Source: an uncultured Thermoplasmata archaeon
Lineage (GTDB): Archaea > Thermoplasmatota > Thermoplasmata > UBA10834
Reading direction: 5' to 3'
DNA: 64,000 bases
Assembly: GCA_964488505.1 (NCBI GenBank)
Contig: CAZAUI010000002.1
Location: forward strand, 3,722-67,721
Position numbers and translations under genes: made by a program. Under the pieces are notes generated by a model, which searched no databases, had not been told where the DNA came from, and was given only the letters and a program-made list of their open reading frames with translations. This document shows, piece by piece, positions 41,049-50,479 of the stretch (the stretch's first letter is position 1; each line of letters opens with the position of its first letter).

Positions 41049-41753
41049 TCACCCGTCCTTCCTGTACCTGTCCGACCACTCCTTGGACAGCCTCTCCATG
41101 CGCGGGAGATAGTAGAGCCTCTCGAACAGTAACCCTGACGCCACGCCCACGACTATGGCGAGCACGGACAGGGCGCCGATAAGAATGACGGCGTCATTTG
41201 ACAGTATGTCCTCGTCGTACAGGAGGAAGGCCGCGAACGCCCCCGCGAAGCCGAGTATGACGAGGGATAGCATGATGACGGCCATGGGGGCGTAGACCGT
41301 GCTTGCCTTGGCATGCTCCTCGGGGTGATGCGCCTCCGTATGGGCGAAGGAGTCCCTCAAGGCCATCCTCCGTCCGCATATGTCGCAGTCGACGAATAGG
41401 TCCATGATTATCTCCTCGCCTTTCTTCTCCCCCTTTCTCGAATAGACCTCGGAAGACGCGGACAGGCCGAGCATGCCGGCTATCACGAGCGATATCATGG
41501 TCAGGGCCTGGACGCTGTCAGGCTCGGGGTTGATCACGAACAGATAGAGGGCCATGGACGCGATGATGAGCGCGTATCCGGCTGCCTCAAAGACGATGGC
41601 GCGCTTCTTGCGGCCCGGGTCGAAATCCCCCGGGCCCACATGCACCTTCTCCCCGTGCTCACGAACGACATGCGTGTAGGCCTCGCGGCCGAACGTGAGT
41701 CCTTCCCCGCAGTAGTTGCAGAAGAGCCACTTCCCGTCCGCCTCCCGAACCAT
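41049..41753 (-). CDS. Membrane protein with two C2H2-like zinc-finger motifs
   Basis: The motifs are CNYCGEGLTFGREAYTHVVREH at the N-terminus and CDICGRRMALRDSFAHTEAHH in a central loop. They are separated and followed by TM helices (FEAAGYALIIASMALYLFVI, LTMISLVIAGMLGLSA, MAVIMLSLVILGFAGAFAAFLL, VILIGALSVLAIVVGVASGLL). Confidence 0.65.
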   Translation of the reverse strand: MVREADGKWLFCNYCGEGLTFGREAYTHVVREHGEKVHVGPGDFDPGRKKRAIVFEAAGYALIIASMALYLFVINPEPDSVQALTMISLVIAGMLGLSASSEVYSRKGEKKGEEIIMDLFVDCDICGRRMALRDSFAHTEAHHPEEHAKASTVYAPMAVIMLSLVILGFAGAFAAFLLYDEDILSNDAVILIGALSVLAIVVGVASGLLFERLYYLPRMERLSKEWSDRYRKDG

Positions 41754-41834
41754 GCTGAGGGTGACTGCGCACGGCGTTCATATAGGATTGCGCGGACTGC
41801 CGCCTTGCCGGGGGAAGCGAGCTGACATCCATCC

Positions 41835-43454
41835 TCAGCGCGTCATAAAGAGGACGAGCGGGTTGTCCGTAGGCCCGCCGACATATACGACGCTCCCCTC
41901 GTCGGCTACGGCGTCCAAGACCGCCTGGTCGACTACCACGACCCCGAACGGGAACTCCTGGGCGCCGTTGTATGTCCATTGGCCTTCAGTCACGAAGAAC
42001 GAGCCCTGGTCAAGGGAGATGCCCTCCCTGAGGTCGTAAGGCAGCCCACGCTCGTAATCGATGTCGAACAGCCTCCACCCGGTCTCCCCAAGCCTCTGAT
42101 CAGAGGTGTAGGAGTCGACGCCGTTCACTGAGAACCACTCGACGGCGTCGTACTCGAACTCGTATGTGTGATTCTGCACGCCGAACAGCTCCTGGGTCTG
42201 ATAGGCCACGGGGAGCGTCGAGGCGCATACGACGACGAGCGATATGCCGGCTATGATCCCGAGGCGCTCCCTGCCCTTGACGAGGTATGCGAAGCCTGCG
42301 CCCACGAGGAGCGCGAAGGGTATCATGAGGAAGTCGAACGTGCGGTAGATGATGAGGTGGGACGTGGCGTCGTTCGCCCTCAGGAAGGCGAACAGGACCA
42401 GGGAGAGCGGCCCGAGGAGCATGGCGAGGAGGAGGTTCTTGGGAGGCCCGTTCTTCCCCAGGAGTACCTCGGAGCCGTACCATGCAGGGACCACCAGGAT
42501 CAGATAGGCGATGAACGGGACCATGACGGACACGGAGGGTGCGGGTATGCCGGGGAAGACGGGGTCGTGGAAGTTGTAGAGCATGAAGGAGACGCCGAGG
42601 ACGGGGACTATCACCCCCAAGGGCAGACGGGAGACGAGGTACGCCCTTCGGGAGGCGTAGATGCCTATCAGGAGCGTCAGGAACGCGACGGCGATGTAGA
42701 GGTAGAGGTCGGTCGAGGGTGAGAGGTAGTCTAGGTACGGGAGGGAGACGGAGGAGTAGTAGAGGACGGCCACGGTCCAGATAGTCAGGAGCATGAGTGC
42801 GTCCGCTTGGAGTGTGCGTTTATGTTCATCGCGGGAGCGGGAGTGGTATGCGCTGATCAGGACGGCGAAGGTCGTGAGGACGAAGGTGACCACGGCCGCG
42901 TGGTGGTGGGTGAAGACGAGGACGATGAGGGAGGTCGAGAGGAGGACCCGGTACCTGGGCTCTTTCCTTGAGAGGAACGAGAGCAGGACTAGGCCGAGCA
43001 GGAATATGCCCAGAGTTTCCTTCCAGGTGCAGCCTGCGCTGAAGGCGAAGGAGCCGAGGAGGGCCAGGGAGAGCGCGGAGGCGGTGAAGGAGCGGGGCCC
43101 GGGGAGGAACCTGAGGAGGGCGGTGGCTATGATTGAGACGGCAATCCCACCTATGAGGGCGGTGATGAAGAGGGCCGAGGTTGATGCGTTCGTACCGAGA
43201 GCTGTCGATACGAAGGCTATGAAAAGACCGAGGATCGGCATGTCCGTGACGTAGTCCTCCGAATGAGATGTGGCGGAGGGGAAGCGGAGATTGCCCCCGG
43301 CGATGATGTCATCAGCGACTCGGAGCTCGCTCAGGCCGTCGATGTTGTAGGGAAGGGACGACCAGGCATAAGGGAGGAGCCGGACCGCCATTGATATAGT
43401 CAGGATTGCGAGAATCACGACCGGGATCCGGTTCCTGAGAGACGGGGCGGGCAT
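41835..43454 (-). CDS. Polytopic (about 12-13 TM) membrane protein with a C-terminal soluble domain; GT-C-like architecture (putative lipid-linked-sugar-dependent glycosyltransferase or polymerase)
   Basis: 539 aa. It has a long series of TM helices, a first loop with an acidic motif (LSELRVADDIIAGG), and a ~150-aa C-terminal soluble domain. The call rests on architecture and glycosylation-cluster context; no WWDYG motif is present. Confidence 0.55.
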   Translation of the reverse strand: MPAPSLRNRIPVVILAILTISMAVRLLPYAWSSLPYNIDGLSELRVADDIIAGGNLRFPSATSHSEDYVTDMPILGLFIAFVSTALGTNASTSALFITALIGGIAVSIIATALLRFLPGPRSFTASALSLALLGSFAFSAGCTWKETLGIFLLGLVLLSFLSRKEPRYRVLLSTSLIVLVFTHHHAAVVTFVLTTFAVLISAYHSRSRDEHKRTLQADALMLLTIWTVAVLYYSSVSLPYLDYLSPSTDLYLYIAVAFLTLLIGIYASRRAYLVSRLPLGVIVPVLGVSFMLYNFHDPVFPGIPAPSVSVMVPFIAYLILVVPAWYGSEVLLGKNGPPKNLLLAMLLGPLSLVLFAFLRANDATSHLIIYRTFDFLMIPFALLVGAGFAYLVKGRERLGIIAGISLVVVCASTLPVAYQTQELFGVQNHTYEFEYDAVEWFSVNGVDSYTSDQRLGETGWRLFDIDYERGLPYDLREGISLDQGSFFVTEGQWTYNGAQEFPFGVVVVDQAVLDAVADEGSVVYVGGPTDNPLVLFMTR

Positions 43455-43700
43455 CGCGAGATACCTGCTGTCGTAGCCGAGGGAGAGTAGATAAACCCTC
43501 GGGAATGTTAGAAGGATTCACAGACTGGACCTTGATTCGATTGTCACTTCCTGTACACATTCGGCGTTTTGACCATATCGTATCATTTTGCATCAATCAT
43601 CCAAGACAAAGTATATGAAGGTCCGTGGCAATCGGTGACATCCTCAGGGTATCTGGAGGAGAGGCCATGAGGGTATTCCATCTTCGGAGTTAGAGAATCG

Positions 43701-44627
43701 ATGAATGACATCCCTCGAGAGCATATTGCCGCAGTCATACCCGCATTCAACGAAGCGAAGACCATCTCTATGGTCATCCACGGAGTGAGCAAGTATGCGG
43801 GAGAGGTCATCGTCGTAGATGACGGAAGCAGCGACGGCACCGCTGACCTTGCCGTTTCTGCGGGAGCTAATGTGATTCGCATTCCCCGGAACGTAGGAAA
43901 GGGAAATGCTCTCGGAATAGGACTCACGACTGCTGCCCTCAATGGTAGCAGAGTCGTCGTGTGTCTAGATGCGGATGGACAGCACAATCCCGACGACATG
44001 CCGAGGATAGTAGCCCCGGTACTAGACGGTCGAGCAGACATGGTCATAGGATCGAGATTCTTGGACGCGAGCTCCAGAGAGCTCATTCCCACATACAGAC
44101 GCATGGGACAGAACATACTCACTTATGCGACCAACATAGGGAACACCGTCAGAATCACCGATTCACAGAGCGGGTACCGGGCTTTCAGGAAGGATGTCCT
44201 GAGAGGCTTCGAATACGCTGAATCCGGGATGGGTGTGGAGTCTGAGATGGTCCGCATGGCTGTGAGAAACGGACTCAGAGTCGAAGAGGTCCCAATCACG
44301 GCGCGATACGATGGATTGGACACTTCCAGCATAAGGCCAGGCAGGCATGGCATCGGAGTTCTGAATTCCGTTCTGAGATCTGTTAGGTCAGAACACCCGC
44401 TGCTCTACTTCGGAGTCGGTGGTCTTTTCCTCATGATCATTGGCCTGATACTTGGAGTGTACTCAGTCGAGCAGTACATTACAGTCAGCCAACTACCTTT
44501 CGGACCGAGTCTGCTGGCCACTCTGTTCACGGCGATGGGGACTGTGTTCCTCTTGGTCGGACTAATACTAAACGCGATAAGCAGTGTTGCCGCGTCGGAT
44601 CGTAACGGACGCATGAACGGTCGATGA
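43701..44627 (+). CDS. GT2-family glycosyltransferase, polyprenyl/dolichyl-phosphate hexose synthase-like, with two C-terminal TM helices
   Basis: AAVIPAFNEAKTISMVI...VIVVDDGSSDGTADLA...RNVGKGNALGIGL...VCLDADGQHNPDDMPRIV...DMVIGSRF. The C-terminal TMs are LLYFGVGGLFLMIIGLILGVY and LATLFTAMGTVFLLVGLILNAI. Confidence 0.85.
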   Translation: MNDIPREHIAAVIPAFNEAKTISMVIHGVSKYAGEVIVVDDGSSDGTADLAVSAGANVIRIPRNVGKGNALGIGLTTAALNGSRVVVCLDADGQHNPDDMPRIVAPVLDGRADMVIGSRFLDASSRELIPTYRRMGQNILTYATNIGNTVRITDSQSGYRAFRKDVLRGFEYAESGMGVESEMVRMAVRNGLRVEEVPITARYDGLDTSSIRPGRHGIGVLNSVLRSVRSEHPLLYFGVGGLFLMIIGLILGVYSVEQYITVSQLPFGPSLLATLFTAMGTVFLLVGLILNAISSVAASDRNGRMNGR

Positions 44628-44694
44628 AATACTTGACACAGTATTGACGATACGGTAGCAGTCATATCAATCACGCGCAATCAGGATAGATTAC

Positions 44695-45861
44695 ATGAAA
44701 CTGTTAGTTGTTGTCTCGGCCCTGGATTTCAAATATCGCCTCGGATGCACCCCTGCCTGGTGGCAGTTGTTGAAAGGCGTGTATGAGACGGACAACGAAG
44801 TCGTCGTGGTCCCGTACCTCGGTTACGACGTGGAGAGCCCTTGGTGGAGAACCTACCCGAACGCATGGAGGTTGCCCGGGGATTTGTTCTACGTGTATGC
44901 GAGAATGCTCAATCCCAAGAAACCTCGCCAGTCGTACAAATGGCGGGACGGTCTGGCCCGCCTCATCTCGAATGGAACCACGAACCGTGTTTGGCTTAGG
45001 CACCTCTCAAAGATACTGAGAGAAGAGAAGGATTTCGATGCTGTCGTCTTCTTCAACGTCCCACTGAACCAGATCTCTGGGATTCCCACAGAGCTGAAGA
45101 ACGAGTTCGGAGTTAAGACCGCGTTCTACGACGGTGACATGCCGACGATCCTGCCCGAGAATGCCTCTGACAGAGGATTCATGTTCGACTACTACAAGGG
45201 GGCGGCTCCAGAGGAGTTCGACGTGTTCTTCGTCAATTCCGAGGGAGTAATCAAAGACTTGGAGGAGAGGGGGGCGCGGAACGTGACCCCTCTGCATTAC
45301 GGAGCTGACCCGCAATTGTTCAATCCGGTACCGGCCGAGAAGAAATGGGACGTGGCGTTCTTTGGATACGGTAGCCAGACCCGGGAGAAGTGGATGACCA
45401 AAATGATAACACACCCTTCATCGCTGATGCCTAACACTTTTGTCGTCGGAGGTCTAGGATTCGATGTTCCGCTAGGGAAAGCAGAGCTCATCGGAGATGT
45501 CCCAATGAGCGGGTTCAGAAGATTCTGTTGCTCAGCGAAGTTGAACTTGAACATAACGAGAGAGTCCCACACCAGCGTCTATGCGTCGTCTACGGCTAGA
45601 CCGTTCGAACTTGCGGCAATGGGGTGCTGCATCGTATCTTGTCCGTACAGTGGTTTAGAGAAGTGGTTTGACCCCGACAAAGAGATTATCATCCTGTCCC
45701 GGGAAGACGACCCTGTGCGAACATATTCTGAACTTCTGGCCGACGAGGAGAGAATGCGAAAGATCGGCGAGGCAGCACACGGCAGAGTTGTGAAGGATCA
45801 CACCTACAGCAAGCGAGCGATTCAACTCTGCAACCGTCTTGAGGGCAATGTCAAAGAGTAG
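44695..45861 (+). CDS. Glycosyltransferase, CgeB/DUF3880-type (Glyco_trans_1_2-like C-terminal domain)
   Basis: WDVAFFGYGSQTREKWM...AKLNLNITRESHTSVYASSTARPFELAAMGCCIVSCPYSGLEKWFDPDKEIIIL...ELLADEERMRKIGEAAHGRVVKDHTYSKRA. Confidence 0.65.
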   Translation: MKLLVVVSALDFKYRLGCTPAWWQLLKGVYETDNEVVVVPYLGYDVESPWWRTYPNAWRLPGDLFYVYARMLNPKKPRQSYKWRDGLARLISNGTTNRVWLRHLSKILREEKDFDAVVFFNVPLNQISGIPTELKNEFGVKTAFYDGDMPTILPENASDRGFMFDYYKGAAPEEFDVFFVNSEGVIKDLEERGARNVTPLHYGADPQLFNPVPAEKKWDVAFFGYGSQTREKWMTKMITHPSSLMPNTFVVGGLGFDVPLGKAELIGDVPMSGFRRFCCSAKLNLNITRESHTSVYASSTARPFELAAMGCCIVSCPYSGLEKWFDPDKEIIILSREDDPVRTYSELLADEERMRKIGEAAHGRVVKDHTYSKRAIQLCNRLEGNVKE

Positions 45862-45867
45862 GTCCAG

Positions 45868-47076
45868 ATGTCAGTATTCAGAGAGAAGCTTGATAATTCA
45901 GATATAGAAGATGCGGAGAAGCAGTTTAAAGTCTCTCTGATACACTACATTCTCACTCCGTATCGAATACCATTGTTCAATGAACTGGCAAGTCGCGACT
46001 CTCTCGATCTGACCGTTTACTCAATGGCTGACACTGAGAGTAACAGGATGTGGAAGAACAACGACAAACTGAAGTTCAAACATCATGTTCTGCGGGGAAT
46101 TCACTCGGAATTTGGGTCTAAAGACACCTACACAATTCACACGAATCCGGAAGTCATGAGGAGATTACGAATCGACCGGCCAGACCTTGTGATATCTGGA
46201 GGTTACTCGTCGACGACTAATCAATTCGGTCTGATGTTTGCCAAACTATCCGGCATCCCATTTGTACTATGGTCGGGATCCACCGCGAATGAGAAGATAC
46301 CTATGAGGAACTTGGTCCGACCGTATCTGCGATGGGTCGTTTCCCAAACCGATTGGTTTGTTACCTACGGGACGGCATCGGCAGAGTATCTAGCAGGGTT
46401 GGGCGCATGTCGAGATAGAATATCATTAGCCTACAACACAGTCGACGTTGAGTTCTTTGTACGGGAAACTTCAGATGTTCTCCGCAATTCGGATAAGAAT
46501 GAACGAAGAAGGAGACTAGGAATTGACGCGGAAATCGTCGTCCTTTTCGTGGGACAACTCATCGAGAGGAAGGGACTAGACACTCTCATCAATGCTATTG
46601 CCCTGGTCCAGAACGAATTGGACATCGCTCTGCTCGTTGTGGGAACGGGAAGAGAGGAGGCGTCTCTGAGAAGAAAGGCAAGATGCCTCCGAAAGGCACA
46701 CTTCGCAGGTCACATCGACTACGATCACTTGCCCGAATACTACGGGGTTTCAGACATATTCGTTCTGCCTTCGAAGGAAGAAGTCTGGGGACTTGTTGTC
46801 AATGAGGCAATGGCCTGCGGCTTGCCCGTCATTTCATCGAATTCCGCGGGTTGTTCGCAGGATGTAATAAGAGAGGGTGTCAATGGTTACGTCTTTGACC
46901 CTGAGGATACCCATGGACTGTCACGCAGGATACATGAACTGTCCGAGGACAAGCAACTCCGTCTCGCACTTGGGTCAAGGGCAAAGGAGATTGTGCGCGG
47001 AGAGTTCTCAATTGAGAGGTGTGCGGATGCAATGGAAGATGCAATCCTGAATGCCTTGCGACTTCGAGTTAGATAG
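45868..47076 (+). CDS. GT4-family (GT-B fold) glycosyltransferase
   Basis: LFVGQLIERKGLDTLINA...GTGREEASLRR...FAGHIDYDHLPEYYGVSDIFVLPSKEEVWGLVVNEAMACGLPVISSNSAGCSQDVIREGVNGYVFDPED contains the EX7E-type motif. Confidence 0.85.
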   Translation: MSVFREKLDNSDIEDAEKQFKVSLIHYILTPYRIPLFNELASRDSLDLTVYSMADTESNRMWKNNDKLKFKHHVLRGIHSEFGSKDTYTIHTNPEVMRRLRIDRPDLVISGGYSSTTNQFGLMFAKLSGIPFVLWSGSTANEKIPMRNLVRPYLRWVVSQTDWFVTYGTASAEYLAGLGACRDRISLAYNTVDVEFFVRETSDVLRNSDKNERRRRLGIDAEIVVLFVGQLIERKGLDTLINAIALVQNELDIALLVVGTGREEASLRRKARCLRKAHFAGHIDYDHLPEYYGVSDIFVLPSKEEVWGLVVNEAMACGLPVISSNSAGCSQDVIREGVNGYVFDPEDTHGLSRRIHELSEDKQLRLALGSRAKEIVRGEFSIERCADAMEDAILNALRLRVR

Positions 47077-47522
47077 AACACTTGAACCCAGAAAGGAATG
47101 TGCGTAATTTGTAGTCTCGCATCAACCACCAATCTAATGACACGACCTGGAGAGAGACCTGTGCATGGAAAGAAATCTCCATATCAATTGCCCGTTGCTT
47201 TTCCCTTTCGTCGGGATTACTATTTGTGCTACAAGCACATTAACCGTCGGAACCGATTCGACTCCTCAGAAGTGCCCCTGATTCATATCATGACACACAT
47301 CGACGTCAGGTTGGTGATTTGTCTTCAAGTCGAAGAACACCGAGCCAAGAAAGAATCTAGTTGGATCGTAGAGCCGTCTGGGAATTACAGGAATCTAAGA
47401 GTTGAAGATGATTTGATTTCAAATGACTCGGGCGTCAATTACGAACACGATGAGTGTAGGTGCCAGAATCTCAACAAACTGAGGGTGAGGACAAGTTGAC
47501 AAGAACAAGCCCTTTCCTCGGA

Positions 47523-49193
47523 ATGTTAGCACTTGAGACGACTGGAATAGCGCTATTCTTCGTCAATTCGATTGGACTCTTAGAATTTAGCGGACTATTG
47601 ATTGTGGCAATCTCGATGATGATCCTGCCTCCAACGACAGTACTCTTGAAGGGCGACTCCAGTGGAATTGGCAGCAGCGGGGCATTCTTGCTGACGATTA
47701 TGCCAATCGCTCTTCTCAACTATGTGTATTCTATCAGGTTCGGCGTCCCTGTTGGGCTCGGTGACACTCACGTCCATATGCTCCAATACACGGAGATCCT
47801 GTCAGGGCAGAGTAGAATTGACTTTGCAGATACACAAGGGTTATCCTTCAATTTCGTTGGATTGTACGTCCTTTACGGGTTCGTAGAAATTGCTGGAAAT
47901 ATGGGAATTCACCAAATGGCATGCATTATCCCGCCACTGATGAATTTGGGCGTTGTAACGCTCGTGTATGTGATTGTCAGAAGAGTCCACTCTCACAGGA
48001 TTGCCCTTCTTTCGATGTTGTTCTTTGGATTGGAGAATCAAGTGTTGATCTTCGGACAGGAAATGAGAACTCAGACACTCGGAACTCTACTGATTTTCTG
48101 TGCCCTGGCAATAACTGTGATGATGGTCAAACTGAATAGAAATCGCATGTTACATTGTAAGATTGCACTAATCACGCTTATTTTCGCGATTCCAATCGCA
48201 TCATTCGTATCATTCATTCTCGCAATCGTGATTTTCGTCCCCCTTCTCGTTGTTCCCTCAATCATAAACCAAACGGTGAAATGGCCAAATTCAGTCACGA
48301 TAGTAGATTCAAAACTTGTGCTTCTCTTGATTACATTCTTCGCGTTCTATCTGGTCTATCTCAGCAAAGGCCTTGAGTACATAATGCCAGTGGTCATAAG
48401 TCTGATTGAGGATATGCTTGCCAAGACCGGAAATCCGACATTTAGCACAGGCCATGCAGCATACGGAGTATTTGTCCAATTGGCTGCTTACGGCATGTGG
48501 ATTGTTTTTGGTGTAGCAGCACTTCTCTTCCTTCGCCGTACAATAAGGAACAGAGACTCCGCAGAGTTGTCTATCGCAGTCTCACTCAGCGGAATTCTAG
48601 TCTTCGCCGTCATTAATAGCATGATTGGTGTACTGTCAGCGGGAAGAGTCTACGCTGTAGCATTCATCTTGATATCCACTGTAATTTCTTTCACACTTAT
48701 ACGTATCCATGACTCTACACAAATGTCCAAACGGAAATTGCTGAGAACCGCAATCCCATGCATGGTCGTCCTCGTATTTGCACTTTCATCAGTGGCTAAG
48801 ATGCCTCAATACGTTGTCGGCGAAACGCAACCTTTGAGATCGGAAGAACCCATAGATTCCGTCACGTGGTGGAGTCCAGACTATCCGCAATACGCAGTAG
48901 CTGCTTACGTCCAGGAAACCGTATACTGTGTGCCAATCAGCGTTCAGATAATCTTCCCTAACTACAACATGCTTCACGCAATCACGTCGAATCAGTTGAC
49001 CGTCGTTGACGACGTCGCATCAGACGATGACTCGGGCAATGGGATGGAAACTCTAGCCAATTTAATCATACTGCACGACAAATTCAATGGCGGCAATTAT
49101 ACGTTTAGGGAAACTTATCTTGATTCTGGAGCCTACTCGGGACTCTCCTCAATTTATGCGAATGGCGATTATGCAATATATCTATGCTGCTAA
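47523..49193 (+). CDS. Polytopic membrane protein with a C-terminal soluble domain; GT-C-like / oligosaccharide polymerase-like
   Basis: About 13 TM helices are followed by a ~130-aa soluble tail. The architecture is similar to the 41835-43454 product. The start is uncertain (GTG 47460 or ATG 47523). The stop overlaps the convergent GT2 gene stop. Confidence 0.6.
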   Translation: MLALETTGIALFFVNSIGLLEFSGLLIVAISMMILPPTTVLLKGDSSGIGSSGAFLLTIMPIALLNYVYSIRFGVPVGLGDTHVHMLQYTEILSGQSRIDFADTQGLSFNFVGLYVLYGFVEIAGNMGIHQMACIIPPLMNLGVVTLVYVIVRRVHSHRIALLSMLFFGLENQVLIFGQEMRTQTLGTLLIFCALAITVMMVKLNRNRMLHCKIALITLIFAIPIASFVSFILAIVIFVPLLVVPSIINQTVKWPNSVTIVDSKLVLLLITFFAFYLVYLSKGLEYIMPVVISLIEDMLAKTGNPTFSTGHAAYGVFVQLAAYGMWIVFGVAALLFLRRTIRNRDSAELSIAVSLSGILVFAVINSMIGVLSAGRVYAVAFILISTVISFTLIRIHDSTQMSKRKLLRTAIPCMVVLVFALSSVAKMPQYVVGETQPLRSEEPIDSVTWWSPDYPQYAVAAYVQETVYCVPISVQIIFPNYNMLHAITSNQLTVVDDVASDDDSGNGMETLANLIILHDKFNGGNYTFRETYLDSGAYSGLSSIYANGDYAIYLCC

Positions 49194-50275
49194 CTGTTGC
49201 CATCAGGTTCTTTAAATCTGCCGACTCCTATTGTACCACAATACAGACCGGAAAATATCTTTAATGAAAAACTGAAGAAGCTTCTCCAGCTGCGTAATTC
49301 CCCTCTGTTCGCAGTTAGCAGTCTCGCAATATTGTAAGGCAAGTCAAGACATGAGTAGTAAATAGCGAACGCGAAAATTTGCCGTGTGCGTCCATACTTG
49401 CGAATGAAGAGAAGACGATTCCGAGTGAGAGCGTCAATGCGAATCTTGGATGTCGAGTTTGAAGAAGCGGACCCTTTGTGATAAATGACAGACTGTTGCA
49501 CGCAGTAGATGCGCCAACCGTTCATGAGAAAGCGATACTCCAAATCGGTTTCTTCCCGGTATGCGAAATATGCGGGATCCATGAGGCCCACGTTGCGGAG
49601 CGATTGGACTCTGACCAATAATGCAGCACCTTCGACCCAACCAGTCCTAATTGTCAATGATGAATCTGGCGATGATTTGAAAGGCGGAGATCTCGGAATG
49701 ACGGCACTGCGCCATACGGATATGGTACCGCCGGCCGTTAGTATCTTGGTTCTGTCATAGAAATCGAAGATAATAGGCCCATACACCGCGCCATCAGGAT
49801 TATTCCTTGCCGCGTCCATCAACTTCTCGATAGCGTAATGACTCAATTCAATGTCATTGTTCAGCAGCAAAACGAATTCTGCGTTTCGCTCCATAGCCAC
49901 CCGCATTCCAAGATTGCATCCAGCTGCGAACCCTGTATTCCTAGAAAGTCGAATGGTATCTACTTCTCCGTTGGTGTATTTGTCCACGAGTAGCGCTTCG
50001 TTGACGATTGACCCATTATCAATGACAAGTACCTCGTCGACTTCGTAGCTCGAGTTCTGCAGACTATCGAGACAGACCAGGGTATCGCCAATTCCATTCC
50101 AGTTCAGAATCACTGCAATGACGCTAGGACCCTTTCTGCACGTCCGAGAAACCTCAACGTCTTGACTTCTAGCGACGTGTAATCCATCATGGTAAGAAGG
50201 ATCTGGTGACACAGTATCGATACCCTCACAAAGTCCATACTCATGAACATTCCGTCTGAGATAATGTAGAGTCAC
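49190..50275 (-). CDS. GT2-family glycosyltransferase (rhamnosyltransferase-like)
   Basis: VIAVILNWNGIGDTLVCLDSLQNS...VLVIDNGSIVNEA...LSRNTGFAAGCNLGMRVAMERNAEFVLLLNNDIE...GAALLVR. The start is GTG and its position is uncertain. Confidence 0.8.
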   Translation of the reverse strand: MTLHYLRRNVHEYGLCEGIDTVSPDPSYHDGLHVARSQDVEVSRTCRKGPSVIAVILNWNGIGDTLVCLDSLQNSSYEVDEVLVIDNGSIVNEALLVDKYTNGEVDTIRLSRNTGFAAGCNLGMRVAMERNAEFVLLLNNDIELSHYAIEKLMDAARNNPDGAVYGPIIFDFYDRTKILTAGGTISVWRSAVIPRSPPFKSSPDSSLTIRTGWVEGAALLVRVQSLRNVGLMDPAYFAYREETDLEYRFLMNGWRIYCVQQSVIYHKGSASSNSTSKIRIDALTRNRLLFIRKYGRTRQIFAFAIYYSCLDLPYNIARLLTANRGELRSWRSFFSFSLKIFSGLYCGTIGVGRFKEPDGNS

Positions 50276-50479
50276 CTTTGGAGATGAGCCGATTGACGCT
50301 TCAGCAATTCCGACTCGGCCCCGGATAAATGCACATATCTAGGCACTCTTACCTAACTAGCGCTAAACGACGGAGGGATGGGGGCCTCCCACCGTAGCCA
50401 CTGGTCTCAAATGCCTTCGGTCCCGTGGACAACTTGCACGGTGACCCGAAACGCATGTAGGAAACGGTTCCGCCTAAAC

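Noticed and set aside
47098-47499. 133-aa + strand ORF in the gap between the GT4 gene and the polytopic membrane gene.
   Set aside because: It has no recognisable motif, TM or signal. It is Arg/Cys-rich and lies in low-GC DNA, where stops should be frequent. That leaves it possible but unsupported, so it is not reported as a gene.
48867-48884. The motif WWSPDY ~25 residues after the last TM of the polytopic protein recalls, by its position, the STT3/AglB WWDxG motif. The size (~560 aa) is similar to short AglB forms.
   Set aside because: The sequence does not match WWD[YWF]G, and I could not identify the EL1 DxD or DK/MI motifs by eye. The evidence is insufficient to call an oligosaccharyltransferase. 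It deserves an HMM check (PF02516) only.
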